Below are positions 11,808 through 22,686 of a stretch of 64,000 nucleotides of DNA, piece by piece (positions within the stretch are counted from its first letter, which is position 1; each line of letters begins with the position of its first letter). Below the pieces are notes generated by a model. The model saw only the letters and a program-made list of their open reading frames with translations. It was not told where the DNA came from and made no database searches. The stretch lies in IMG/VR virus record IMGVR_UViG_2823662158_000001; one strand, given 5' to 3'. The translations under genes and the position numbers were made by a program. This DNA is from a virus.

Positions 11808-11889
11808 AGACATACAAGCCAAAAAAGAGAACGTGGAGAAGTTGAAAGTCTTTCTAAAGAAGGTAGAACAAGTAAAAACTAAAAAATAG

Positions 11890-12124
11890 TGGCATCGGTT
11901 GATATAACAAAACTAGGGAATTCATAATTAAGCATGGAGTGACAGGTTTTTCTATTGTTTTAAGTTTAGCATTATGGATGAAGGTTGAGAGGCTTGAGAA
12001 TGACTATAAAGATTGCATGAATGACCGAATTATTGATAGCCACCGTAGCAATAGTAATAGACATGTCGCTATTTTACCGGAACAAATAAAAGTAAAACGA
12101 TGGGACGAAGAGCAAAAAAGCTAG
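11890..12124 (+). CDS. Small membrane protein (one TM plus coiled coil), holin/antiholin candidate
   Basis: GVTGFSIVLSLALW TM segment then KVERLENDYKDC; first gene of the lysis cassette. Confidence 0.45.
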
Positions 12125-12424
12125 TAAACTTCATAGATAGGTTGATTAAGTCCGACACTCAGGAGAGCAGTAAACGTGCTATTGCATTATTCGTTACTTT
12201 GCTTATTGGAATCATTGTAATATTGTACACTAATTCAGAGAATATCCTTTTGGTTTTGGCCGAGTTAATTGCGTTTGTATCAACGCTTTTGTATATTGCG
12301 ACAAATGGCAAGCTACCAAAGCTGCCTAAAATGTTTAAAGATGAAGATACTGAAACAATTGGCAAAACGAATGGAGAAACTTTCAAAGACGAAAGCGCCA
12401 ACCCTAAAAACCACAACCGATTAA
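12100..12424 (+). CDS. Holin candidate (two TM helices)
   Basis: 'ESSKRAIALFVTLLIGIIVILY' and 'ILLVLAELIAFVSTLLYI'; upstream of the amidase; 3' end uncertain. Confidence 0.55.
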
Positions 12425-13030
12425 AAGCAAAGTACTATTTATTATCGACGCTGGCCATGGTGGATTGCATCCTGAGACAGGAAAGTATGTGACCCTGGAA
12501 AGCGTATGGTTAAAGATGGTGTTGAGTTCTACGAGGGAGTAAATAACCGCGACAACGTAAAGCGTATTATGCGAGCCTTGGTTGATTCTGGTTTGGAGTG
12601 TGTAGAGCTTTGTCCAAGTTGGATAGATACCCCATTAAGTGAACGCTGTAAACGTGCTAATACTTGGGCAGAAGATAGAGAAGCAGTGCTAATCAGCATT
12701 CATTCCAACGCCGCCGGCAACGGTAGAGATTGGCACGCAGCAAGCGGGATAGATACCTTTGTATATACTAAGGCTAGTAGTAAGTCTAAGACCTTGGCGA
12801 AAATCACACAAGATAGGTTAATGGAATACCTAGGACATTTAACTAAAGACCGTGGAGTTAAAGCACGAAACTTTGCAATACTACGCGGCACGAATATGCC
12901 AGCTATTTTGGTAGAAGGTGGATTTCATACCAACGAAATAGAGGTAAAACGAATGTTAACAGAAGATTGGAAAAAGGCGTTTACTAAAGCCATTGTTTCG
13001 GCTTGTGTTCAATACAATAATTCACTATGA
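12341..13030 (+). CDS. Endolysin, N-acetylmuramoyl-L-alanine amidase (Amidase_3)
   Basis: 'IIDAGHGG' in the upstream frame, then 'FYEG', 'LSER', 'ISIHSNA', 'PAILVEGGF'; start uncertain. Confidence 0.9.
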
Positions 13031-13473
13031 AATCAATACTCATTTTAAGCCTCTTAACGGGGCTTTTTCGTGTTCAGGGTACTACCATATAAAAAGGCAG
13101 AGAAACACGTTAAAAAGGCAGAATTAAAGGGTATAACGCCAACGAGAGATACAACGTATATTAATACAAGTGATACAACGATCCAAATTGATACTTTGGA
13201 TAACTATATCCAGATAACAAAAACGATTCGAGATACAGTCTATATCGAGGGTAAAACGGTGTATATTGCTAAGTCACGCGCCGAGGTACGACAGGAACAA
13301 AAGACGGAGCGCACCAAGTTACGCCAAGAAAACAAAACCAAGCGTAAGGAAGTAAAGCAAAAAGCAAAGACAGAGAGAAAAGAGAAGCGCAAAAAGTATG
13401 GTTCGTATGGATCTTAATTGGATTCGGTTTAGCGCATTTATTACGATTTGCAAGTAAGCATCTTTGGAAATAA
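13027..13473 (+). CDS. Unimolecular-spanin-like lipoprotein
   Basis: MKSILILSLLTGLFS-C lipobox, a periplasmic segment, and a C-terminal TM (VWFVWILIGFGLAHLL) once homopolymer slips are corrected; directly after the endolysin. Confidence 0.6.
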
Positions 13474-13484
13474 AACCAAACACT

Positions 13485-14544
13485 ATGAAAAACCAAATAA
13501 CGGAAAAGGTATAAGAAGGCGTTTATCATACGATGAGTCTGATTTAATAACCCAATACCGTAGAATCAAAAAGAGGCTGACGACGCTGGCGTTAACTTCG
13601 AAGATGTTAAACACGGATGGCTAAAGTCAGAAAATAGCAGTTTATTTTTAAAACCCAGATTATAAAGATGAAGCACAGAACACATTTGAAAGTCTTAAAG
13701 ATTTGCTTATACAAGACTTACAAGAATACACGCCTCCCACAACTAAAATAAAACGATCCAAAGTAAAGGACGGCCACTTACTTGTGGTGGATTTGGCAGA
13801 TTTGCATATAAATAAGTTCTGTGAGGTTTTATGACAGGTGACTACTACAACTCTCAACGAGCAGTAGAACGTGCAATAGAAGGCGTAAAAGGTATAGTAC
13901 AGAAGTCTAGCGGGTTTAATATAGAGAAGATTGTATTTGTAGTTGGTAACGATGTGTTAAATACTGACAATATCCATAAGGCTACAACTAAAGGAACTGC
14001 CCAGGATACAGACTTACATTGGTATAAGGCTTTTAAAGTTGGTCTAGATTGCTACGTAAGCTGTGTAGATTACTTGCTAGGCTTTGCAGATGTGGAAGTC
14101 ATACACTGCCCAAGCAACCACGACTACATAACAGGAACACTACTAGCAGAAACATTAGCCGTTTACTATAGGAATCATAAAAACGTAACTTTTCAAACAG
14201 GGCCAAAGTATAGAAAGTACTAATATCACCTAAATCTAATTGAATTCGAGCATGGGGACAAGGGTAAACCAAGCACACTACCGCTAGCAATGGCAAACGA
14301 AGTACCCCAACTATGGGCGAACACTAAGTTTAGATATTGTTGTTTACACCACGTCCACCATCAGGACGTAATAAAGTTTCAAAGCTCTAAAGACTATATT
14401 GGAGTAAATGTGACTTACATGAGATCACCAAGCCCTGCGGATATATGGCACTTTGAATCGGACTATGTTTCCTTGGCAGCTATTGAAGGACAAATTTATT
14501 CCAAAGAAAACGGTAGAGTATCACATATAACTCACTACTTTTAA
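13485..14544 (+). CDS. Calcineurin-like metallophosphoesterase (frameshifted)
   Basis: Motifs DLADLH, GND, SNHD, EHGD, HHVHH across successive frames. Confidence 0.8.
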
Positions 14545-14545
14545 G

Positions 14546-14617
14546 TATATTTGTATTCGTCTAAATTTTTATGTTTGGTTTTAGTTTATACGAAGGGAGC
14601 AGAAATGTTCCCTTTTT
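14546..14617 (+). ncRNA. Candidate small RNA 1 (TATATTTG promoter element, U-rich body, GAAA-loop terminator)
   Basis: TATATTTG at 14546-53; hairpin AAGGGAGCA-GAAA-TGTTCCCTT plus T-tract; no ORF. Confidence 0.5.
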
Positions 14618-14619
14618 CG

Positions 14620-14698
14620 TATATTAGCCTTGGCGATATTGCCGGTATAACTTTAGGTTGATTTGTTTGTGTAAAGGGGTGCAGGGCGCATCCTTTTT
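14620..14698 (+). ncRNA. Candidate small RNA 2 (TATATTAG promoter element, U/G-rich body, terminator)
   Basis: TATATTAG at 14620-27; hairpin AAAGGGGTGC...GCATCCTTTTT at 14673-98. Confidence 0.45.
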
Positions 14699-14750
14699 CT
14701 ATTATATCGCATATCGCAATACACGATAATGAAAAAAAGTTCTAAATAAT

Positions 14751-14781
14751 TTTGTAGTTATTACATTTATGCGTATCATTG
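14751..14781 (+). promoter_or_regulatory. Bacteroidota-type early promoter
   Basis: TTTG-N19-TATCATTG, 30 nt upstream of the ATG at 14812. Confidence 0.6.
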
Positions 14782-14811
14782 TAATGTAATTAAACAATTA
14801 ACCAAACACAC

Positions 14812-15111
14812 ATGGACAAACAAATAAAAATAACAACCGACGAACCTTTTTACTGTGAGAGTATTTTAGGTATAAATGACTTTTGGAGCTTCTCAGCGCA
14901 GAAAAACGGCAAGCACTGGATAGATACCTACTGTGACACTAAAAACGAAGCAGAGAGCCTTAAAACGTACTTAGAAGCTATGCCAGACTTCGCCAAGCTA
15001 ATGGATATCTTCAATACTTGGCAAAATATGGATAAAAGTACAGGTTCACCAGAAATCAGTAAACAACAGGCTAAAATCTACGACCAACTAGAAAAATATC
15101 AAAGAAACTAA
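14812..15111 (+). CDS. Hypothetical early protein (99 aa)
   Basis: ORF with an A-rich initiation region, downstream of the promoter. Confidence 0.7.
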   Translation: MDKQIKITTDEPFYCESILGINDFWSFSAQKNGKHWIDTYCDTKNEAESLKTYLEAMPDFAKLMDIFNTWQNMDKSTGSPEISKQQAKIYDQLEKYQRN

Positions 15112-15124
15112 ACAAATAACAACT

Positions 15125-15462
15125 ATGAAAAAATAGAAGATAATTTCAATCACAAGGGTGTTACATTTAAAATCTTAAAAAGAGGTAAAAATGCTATAAT
15201 GTTAGATGCTAAAGCGGATTTTTATAACTGTGCCAGTTTGGAGGTTTGGCAAATACGCAAAAGTAAAGAGCGTACAATAAAGGGCAAAGTAATTCCTGCA
15301 CATGAAATAAAGCCGGGAAATGAAGACTATCCATTTACAGCCCATCAATTTATGCGAAATCACTTTAAAACAGAAGACGAATTCCAAGATATTGCATTAA
15401 AAAGATTTAATGAGTATGAAGAAGGGGTTCGTCCAAAGAAAATTGTAAATAAAATTGAATAA
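15125..15462 (+). CDS. Hypothetical protein ('SLEVWQIR...IPAHE')
   Basis: ATG at 15125; a frameshift in an A-run joins it to ORF 15199-15462. Confidence 0.6.
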
Positions 15463-15474
15463 TAGAAAAATGTT

Positions 15475-15687
15475 ATGGAGGAAATGTTTTATAATGAACT
15501 AGACAACTTTTCACCGTTTGACGGAAAGATCGAACTGTCTTATGTTATGCACATTCAAAAATGGTTTACAGTGAGAATTTCAGTAAATTGCAAGATGAAG
15601 TTTACGCCGCATCATTTGGAAGAATTGGACAGGCTATTGATGACACAGGGTATAATTCACATTATTATTGTTTTGGATAGTGCGTAA
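15475..15687 (+). CDS. Hypothetical protein (~68 aa)
   Basis: ORF; the copy-2 frame 48900-49106 is probably the correct one. Confidence 0.5.
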   Translation: MEEMFYNELDNFSPFDGKIELSYVMHIQKWFTVRISVNCKMKFTPHHLEELDRLLMTQGIIHIIIVLDSA

Positions 15688-15715
15688 TAAAAATATTTTG
15701 CTTATTATTGCAACT

Positions 15716-15817
15716 GTTAGGATAGTCCAGAGGGACACGAACCATACTAACTTAAAGATTTTAGATTGCTTTCCATAGCAACGAAGGGTTAACGGGTGGT
15801 TCGGTTAGCCCTTTTTT
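15716..15817 (+). ncRNA. Structured RNA with a terminator whose loop can pair upstream (pseudoknot/attenuator-like)
   Basis: GTTAG/CTAAC stem enclosing GTCC-AGAG-GGAC; TTGCT/AGCAA hairpin; terminator AAGGGTTAAC/GTTAGCCCTT; CGAACCA 15738-44 is complementary to loop TGGTTCG 15797-803. Confidence 0.5.
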
Positions 15818-16005
15818 CCTACAATTGACATATAGTGGTTTTGTTTTATTCCGATTGTTTCCACGTTAAATAAAAATCTCAATGAGTACAGTGAAACGTA
15901 TCTGTTCAAATAAACTGCTGGCAATCCTTACCAGGAACCATGCGACTGCGAGAGAACGAACTAGAATTAAATTTTAAAGATACGACCTAATGAACGAAAA
16001 AGATA

Positions 16006-16090
16006 CACGCAGGGGTAGGAAGTGTTCACGGTGTGCTAAATAGGTGTAATAACCGATAACTCTACTGTAGATAGTTCTCACGCAGGGGTA
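16006..16090 (+). repeat. 12-bp direct repeat CACGCAGGGGTA (two copies)
   Basis: 16006-16017 and 16079-16090, in non-coding DNA upstream of the replication genes. Confidence 0.7.
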
Positions 16091-16514
16091 AAGGGAGAAT
16101 TGTATAAACTAAACAAATAACACAATTATGAATTACCAAACATTAAGAGAGTTAAAGAGAAACTTAAAACCAGGGAAAGTGATTTACAGAAATGGCTTAG
16201 AGTACAAGGTGGACCATATCGACGAAGAGCAGATCGTAACGACCTGTGGTAATAGTTTCCACCATTCGAGTGCATGAATATTTTTTGGTGCGTGACCTTG
16301 GTAAAACTAAGGTGGACGCCATCAAAAAGGATTTATTAGATCACTACAACGAAGGGAATGACACGTTAGAGCATACTATTATGATACTGTCCGGTAAATG
16401 GACTGCCTGAGAGTGCTATCACACGTATTAGTAAGGACTTAACGGTGCAGGATTTCACCAAGTACTACGAAGAATTAAAACAGAATAAGTAAATTAGCAG
16501 AAAACCAAACATAT

Positions 16515-17057
16515 ATGAAGTACACAGTATTACCGTTAAGAGTTATAAAAGACTTAAACGATTGTGATAGCTTGGCGCTTTTCACCTTCTTACTATCTGG
16601 TGAACTCGACCAACTACAGCCCGAAAACATACCGCACGTTATACGCATGAGCCGACCAAGGTATGAAAAGGCATTCAAGAAACTACAGGGAAAAGGATAT
16701 TTACGCCTGGACGGTAGTAAAATTACTGTTAGCGATGATCCAGACCCGTTGGCGAACCATGCAGCAAGTACTACGCTATTTCCTGACCAAGACCATGAAC
16801 TTGTACGGTGGATAAGAGAGAACTGTCCAAGGGTAGCACGTATGCAGAAACCTATTACCAATGTAGAAGCGACCAAGTTACAAAACATGACAGCAGGCGT
16901 AGAAATGGCAGCAGACGTAGTAGAAACACTAGAAGCAATGGAGAACTACGCCAAGCTACACAATAACGTAAGTGCCTACAAGACTCTAATAAACTGGATG
17001 GATAGAAGTAATAGTAACCCCGTTCAATCTAATGACTGGGCAGATATAGAGAAATAG
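16515..17057 (+). CDS. Putative replication initiator/replisome organiser
   Basis: N-terminal winged-helix-like 'RMSRPRYEKAFKKLQGKGYL' and C-terminal 'SAYKTLINW'. Confidence 0.45.
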   Translation: MKYTVLPLRVIKDLNDCDSLALFTFLLSGELDQLQPENIPHVIRMSRPRYEKAFKKLQGKGYLRLDGSKITVSDDPDPLANHAASTTLFPDQDHELVRWIRENCPRVARMQKPITNVEATKLQNMTAGVEMAADVVETLEAMENYAKLHNNVSAYKTLINWMDRSNSNPVQSNDWADIEK

Positions 17058-17512
17058 TGAAGAAAGAAATAAAAAATTAAAAAATAAATAATTATGCTTA
17101 ATGTAAAAAAAGATACGATAAACAAAATGATTGGTAAGTCAAATTTTAACGTAGGAGATTTGAAAAGAATTTTAAACGTAATACCAGAAGAAACGAGTAT
17201 TCATTTCGGTTTAATTACTGAAAAAGGCACGTCTATAGATCAAAAAGAAGATTTAATTTTGAATTGAAATCAATACCAATCAAGGATCAAGGTCTAGACG
17301 ATATAGATAGCGAAATGATTATATACGTTAACGCTGAAAATTATGAGCGTCAACTACAAGAAAATAGCATATCATTAAATGAAGCAATGGCTAAGATATT
17401 TGGATCATAATTAATAACCAATGGACATAACCAAACTAAAAAACAGACTAAGTACAAAGGGGTTAAACCTAAGTGTTAAAGAAGTGGATTTTTTCTAAGT
17501 CCACCAAAGCCA

Positions 17513-18140
17513 ATGCAAAAGGAAATAGTAGAAATGTGGCAAAAGTCACTACTACTAGAGCTGCGCAAATACGCCAACAGCACAATAGGAAAAGACCCCG
17601 ACAGGTCAACAGCAGAAAAGCTGGCCCAAAAGCTATACAATGATTTTAAGCACATATCTACCCAGGAAATAGGGTATTGTCTAGATTTGTTGGTAGGCGG
17701 TGAAACAGGAATAGAACCAGACACCTTCAAACTGTCCGGCACACCTATTGTTAAAATGCTCAAACAGTACGATGGTAAGCGCAAAGCCTTTAACCGTTAT
17801 TACTGGGAGATAAAGAATGAAGAGAATTCCGCTATTGAAGCTCAACGAGCGCAACAGGAGTTCCTCCGCCAAGCACTAATGAAGAAAAGCCAAGGTGCAA
17901 CCCTTACAGTGTACGAGCGTAGCACTATAGGTAAACATCTAATTGAGAGTGAAAGTCACCAAGTCCGCCAAGCAATCTGGGAAGATGTAGACAAGCAACT
18001 ACCAACGATGCAGAGAGAACTAAAGAAAAAACGTGACGGAGCCTTCGGGATAGTGCTAAACGACCAAGACCAGCAGACCCCGATAATGTGGACAGACAAA
18101 CTACTCTACGGGTGTTGTCATTTAATTATTGTACAGATGA
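17513..18140 (+). CDS. Hypothetical protein, possibly a helicase-loader-like replication protein
   Basis: Long helical ORF after the initiator; boundaries uncertain because of indels. Confidence 0.4.
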
Positions 18141-18383
18141 ATAAAGATTTAGAAACCATTATAAGAATAAACCTTTTACAACAATGCTTAATATATTTGT
18201 TAGATGAATTAGAGGTATCACCAATATATAAGAGGGATAGAAAACAAGTATATAACAGATTTAAAAGGTTTTAGAGAAAGAGCTTAATAGTACACTTTAC
18301 CAAGCAAACCAAGCCGAACGCGATCAATGGCAACAATGCGCTGAGGAATTATATAAAACAGTAACAAACATAAAAGTAACGAC

Positions 18384-19739
18384 ATGAATTACAACGAATT
18401 TTTAAAGTCTAAGCAACATTTGTTAGGATCGTTTGGTTTTGAGCCAAATTTTATTCCTTCAATGGCTTTTGACTTTCAACAACATATCATTGAAAAGGCG
18501 GTACGTAAAGGACGCATGGCAATTTTGCCGATACTGGACTAGGTAAAACCTTGATGCAATTATCAATTGCTCAAAACATCGTAAACGAAACAAATAAAAA
18601 GGTTTTAATATTGACTCCTTTAGCGGTTGGTTTTCAGTTTATCGACGAAGCTGCAAAGCTAGGAATTGACGATATTGAGCAAACGATAAAGGAGAACATT
18701 CAAAAAGATTGTCGTTTGTAATTACGAACGTTTGCATTATTTAGATTCTAACGATTTTGTGGGTGTTATTCTTGACGAATCCAGCATATTAAAGAACTTC
18801 GACGGGAAAATAAAAGTCAGGTAACGGCATTTGTTAAAAAGATTCCTTATCGCTTTTAAGCACAGCAACGCCCGCACCAATGACTTTATTGAACTTGGTA
18901 CAAGTTCCGAGGCTTTGGGTTATATGGGTTACATGGATATGCTTGGAAAGTTTTTAAAAACAATCAGAATAGCGTTGATAGTAATAACCGTAATATCGGG
19001 GAAAAGTTCTATTTAAAACCTCATGCAGAAAAAGACTTTTCGCTTGGATAAATCAATGGGCGATTATGGTAAAAATGCCTAGCGACATTGGTTTTTCAAA
19101 TGATCGTTATATTTTGCCAGAATTGATTACTAATAAACATATTGTAAAGAATAAATCTTTAATCGCTGTTAATGGTCAAATAGAAATGTTTAACATTGTT
19201 GCTAAGAACTTTAGCGAAATTAGACACGAAGAAAAACAAACGATTCAGGAACGAAGCGAAAAAGCGGTAGAATTAGCAAAAGAAAAGGTTTCTGTTTATT
19301 GGGTGAATCGAAACGAAGAAAGCGCGTTAATTAACGAATTAGATTCGGACGCGGTAGAGATTAGAGGGTCAATGTCAATTGACAAAAAGAGGATATTTTG
19401 ATTAACTTTGCAAAAGGAAACATTGACAGAATAATTACCAAGGCGAAGATGACTGGAATGGGGTTAAACTGGCAACACTGCAATCATTCCGTATTTTTCC
19501 CTACATGGAGTTACGAACAATATTACCAAGCAATTAGACGTTTTGGCGTTTTGGTCAAAAGAAAGATGTTACAATTGATGTGGTAATTTCAGACGGTCAA
19601 ACGCGAGTAATTGAAGCATTAGAACAAAAAACGCAAAAAGCAATAGAATTACATAAAACTTAACTCAAGCTGTTAACACTTCTTACAGCGAAACAAAAAA
19701 GAATTTAATAAAGAAGTGATAAAACCAACATTTTTATAA
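18384..19739 (+). CDS. SNF2/superfamily-2 helicase (heavily frameshifted)
   Basis: 'FDFQQ', Walker A 'DTGLGKT', 'ILDESS', 'TATP', 'GMGLNWQ', 'YYQAIRR'. Confidence 0.85.
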
Positions 19740-19742
19740 AAC

Positions 19743-20769
19743 ATGGAAAAAGTAAAAGATCAGGAAATTACCGACAATTACGCTATTTATAATAGTGATT
19801 GTATGTATGTACTGCCAACACTCGGAGACAGTAGTATTGATTTATCGGTGTACTCTCCACCTTTCGCGGGATTGTACAATTATTCGAGCAGCGAAAACGA
19901 CTTTAGCAATTGCGAAACAAAAGAACAATTTTGGAGCAATACGAATACCTTGTAAAAGAAATTTCCAGAGTTACAAAGGCGGGAAGAATTACGGCGGTAC
20001 ATTGCACGGACGTTTTTGATAACACTTGCCGTTTGTGGGATTTCCCAAACGAAATTATTCGGATTCATACAAAGTACGGTTTTGAATATCGCAACCGTAT
20101 AACAGTTTGGAAGGAGCCTTTAAAAGTTCGTATGCGTACAATGGTTCAATCGTTGATGCACAAGTTTATCGTTGAGGATTCCACGCGCTGTTTTACGGCT
20201 ATGCCTGACTATGTTTTGATTTTCACAAAGAAAGGGAAAACGAAGTGCCAGTAACACACCCGAACGGACTAAAGCGATACTTTGGAGAAACGCCAGTGTT
20301 ACCGAATATTTTAAACGCTTGGAACAATGCAAACAAAAGCAACTTAAATGCGGCGCAACTTTGGGAACATCTAAACGCTAAATACAAAGACCACGAAGAC
20401 CCGCAAAGCAACAAGCTAAGTCACTACATTTGGCAACGTTACGCGTCGAGCGTTTGGGATGATGTGCGTATTGATAATGTGTTACCTTTCCGTGACTCAA
20501 AAGAAGACGACGACGAGAAGCACGTACACCCGTTGCAATTGGACGTAATAGATAGAATAGTTGAAATGTACTCTAATGAGGGTGAAGTTGTTTTAACGCC
20601 TTTTATGGGGGTTGGTTCAGAGGTTTACAGCCCAGTTTCGTTAGGTCGTAAGGCTATTGGAATCGAATTAAAAGATAGTTATTTCAAACAGGCTAAAATC
20701 AATTTGTCTTTGGCAAATACACGATTTAAAGACGAAGTTAAACAAACATCATTACTAGATGAGTTGTAA
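19743..20769 (+). CDS. DNA N4-cytosine/N6-adenine methyltransferase, beta class (frameshifted)
   Basis: Motif IV 'YSPPF' near the N terminus, 'KHVHPLQ', and motif I 'TPFMGVGS' near the C terminus. Confidence 0.88.
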
Positions 20770-21077
20770 TGGACAAGACAACTAGATACAGTGATATAAA
20801 GGCATGGTACTTGGCGAACCTTGACCAACTACCCTACAGCGTACATCTAGAGACGGGGAAATTAGATTCAATATCCCCAACTTGTCCAAAACCTAATACT
20901 ACAGATAGACACAGTAATAAAATCTGGTAACGATCCACGCAAAGACCCAAACTCGAAACGCGCCAAGGCACTACTAATAACCATCTACGGGGAACTACAG
21001 TACAAAGAAGGCTACAGGGATTCAATGGTAACATGGGAAGAGTACGCAGCTAACGGATATAAATTCCTGTAATTACA

Positions 21078-21109
21078 TTTGGATATATCATTCAAGTGTA
21101 TTATATTTA
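21078..21109 (+). promoter_or_regulatory. Bacteroidota-type promoter
   Basis: TTTG-N20-TATATTTA upstream of the ATG at 21135. Confidence 0.55.
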
Positions 21110-21134
21110 CACCATAACAAAAACACAAACAGTT

Positions 21135-21314
21135 ATGGAAACATTAGAACAATTAGAAAAGTTGGCCGTAGTACTTGGAACTATCCAAGGCAATATCGAA
21201 GGTTTAGAGCGCTATCTACAGATAGCTGATCCAACAGCCACGGAAACCATCAAACGCGCTGAGATCGAACTAAACTGTCTTAGAAACTTAATGAAAGCCA
21301 TTGAAAGCGAGTAG
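21135..21314 (+). CDS. Small coiled-coil hypothetical protein (METLEQLEKL...)
   Basis: ORF with an A-rich initiation region. Confidence 0.55.
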   Translation: METLEQLEKLAVVLGTIQGNIEGLERYLQIADPTATETIKRAEIELNCLRNLMKAIESE

Positions 21315-21546
21315 CCAAGATAAGCTGTACTACTTTAACCTTCGTGACCAAATCCAGAGGCACATGAGTAATACAGACGGCTGTCTATTGTCCAAGGACG
21401 AACTACACAACTATTTAAAGTGGTACGCAGACCTAGAGCATGTGAGCATGAAAACAATATCACATGAGGATTTGCAGATACTTAAAGAGTGGAGCAAACA
21501 GTTTGCAGCGACAATAGGGCTGGACATAAAAGACCAAGAAGAATGA
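21301..21546 (+). CDS. NinB/Orf-like recombination accessory protein
   Basis: Pattern 'QDKLYY...KDELHNYLK...SMKTIS...FAATIGL'. Confidence 0.4.
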   Translation: MKASSQDKLYYFNLRDQIQRHMSNTDGCLLSKDELHNYLKWYADLEHVSMKTISHEDLQILKEWSKQFAATIGLDIKDQEE

Positions 21547-21653
21547 GTAGGCTAAACTATCACAAACAGAATCAACTAGACGCCATGAAGCGAGGAATCG
21601 AATCAGGTGACGCAATTATAAACCAAGGGGAACACCCTTACAAATATGAACAA

Positions 21654-22060
21654 ATGAATCAAGTAACAACCGCAAAAGTAAAAGAGGTGATTAGCACCAA
21701 ACCATGGAACGACGTAATATACCACAACCTAGTAATGGATAATGGTGATAAGATCAACATTGGTAAAAAGAAAACCCTAGTACCTGGTGACGAATTAACC
21801 TACCAACAAACGGGTGACGGTCAACAGGAGTATAACAGAGCTAAGAGCGTACAAAAGGAGCAGTTTTCGCCAAGTCCACAAGGGGAGGTAATGACCGTAC
21901 AGACGCTATACTATACCAAACATGCTTAAAAGCAGCATCGGAAGCATTAGTATGTATGTACGATCCACAGTTCGCCAACAGCCAAATAACAGTTACAGCA
22001 ATTAACGACATGGCTTTAGAAATGGCACAACAGGCTAAAGCTAACATTGCCAAGCTATGA
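21654..22060 (+). CDS. Putative single-stranded DNA-binding-like protein
   Basis: Beta-rich N-domain, Q/G linker and 'AILYQTCLKAA' after correcting a G-run. Confidence 0.35.
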
Positions 22061-22239
22061 CTAGAGATGAGATGATTGTAAGGGGCGCAACTTATGTGTT
22101 TGCGTCCCTATTCATTGTAGCATGTCTGTACTTGGCGCAGACGGGAGAAAACCAAACACCAGAGCCGACCAAAGACACAGGACTTATACAGCTAGATAGT
22201 GACAGCGTAGAACTAACAACAGAACCATATAAATTTTAG
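22057..22239 (+). CDS. Small membrane-anchored protein (60 aa)
   Basis: N-terminal TM 'ATYVFASLFIVACLYLA'. Confidence 0.5.
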   Translation: MTRDEMIVRGATYVFASLFIVACLYLAQTGENQTPEPTKDTGLIQLDSDSVELTTEPYKF

Positions 22240-22604
22240 ACATGGAAAATATCTACATTCCACCAACGACCAAAACAACCTACCCCGACCAAGGACACAG
22301 AAGACTAACACCAAACTACTCACAGATAACAGACGAACACAGAAGGGCGTTTTCACCAACATCAACGAACCCTTACTAAAGAGTGTAAGACGAATCAAAA
22401 ACAGCTAAGAGACATGGAAACACCCATTCAAAAAGCGAAACTTTGGCACAAAATGACGGGCAACGAATACTTTGTACTTTCGGACGGTTCTTTTGGCCTT
22501 GGCATTGGTTTAACGGCAACCGTAATAAAATACACGACATTGTAGACAGTTCTGGAGATGGGTCTTCCTTAGTGCCTTTATTGGCTAAGATTGAGAAAGA
22601 GAGG

Positions 22605-22660
22605 TAACGGTTAGGCTATGCACCGTTTTAATGGTGTATAGGTAGTGTTAGCATTAGTAC
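22605..22660 (+). other. attC-like palindromic site
   Basis: TAAC 22605-08, 12-bp imperfect stem CTATGCACCGTT/AATGGTGTATAG at 22616-41, GTTAGCA 22647-53. Confidence 0.55.
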
Positions 22661-22686
22661 GGGTTAATAAATAAAGACTTAATAAG

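Noticed and set aside
14221..14223. In-frame TAA in the metallophosphoesterase suggesting stop-codon recoding
   Set aside because: Copy 2 has a different A-run here (TACTAAATAT), and TAA, TAG and TGA all end normal genes elsewhere
14545..16127. tRNA genes or a CRISPR mini-array in the intergenic regions
   Set aside because: No cloverleaf with a T-loop and no regularly spaced 25-45-nt repeats; the only repeat is a 12-mer present twice
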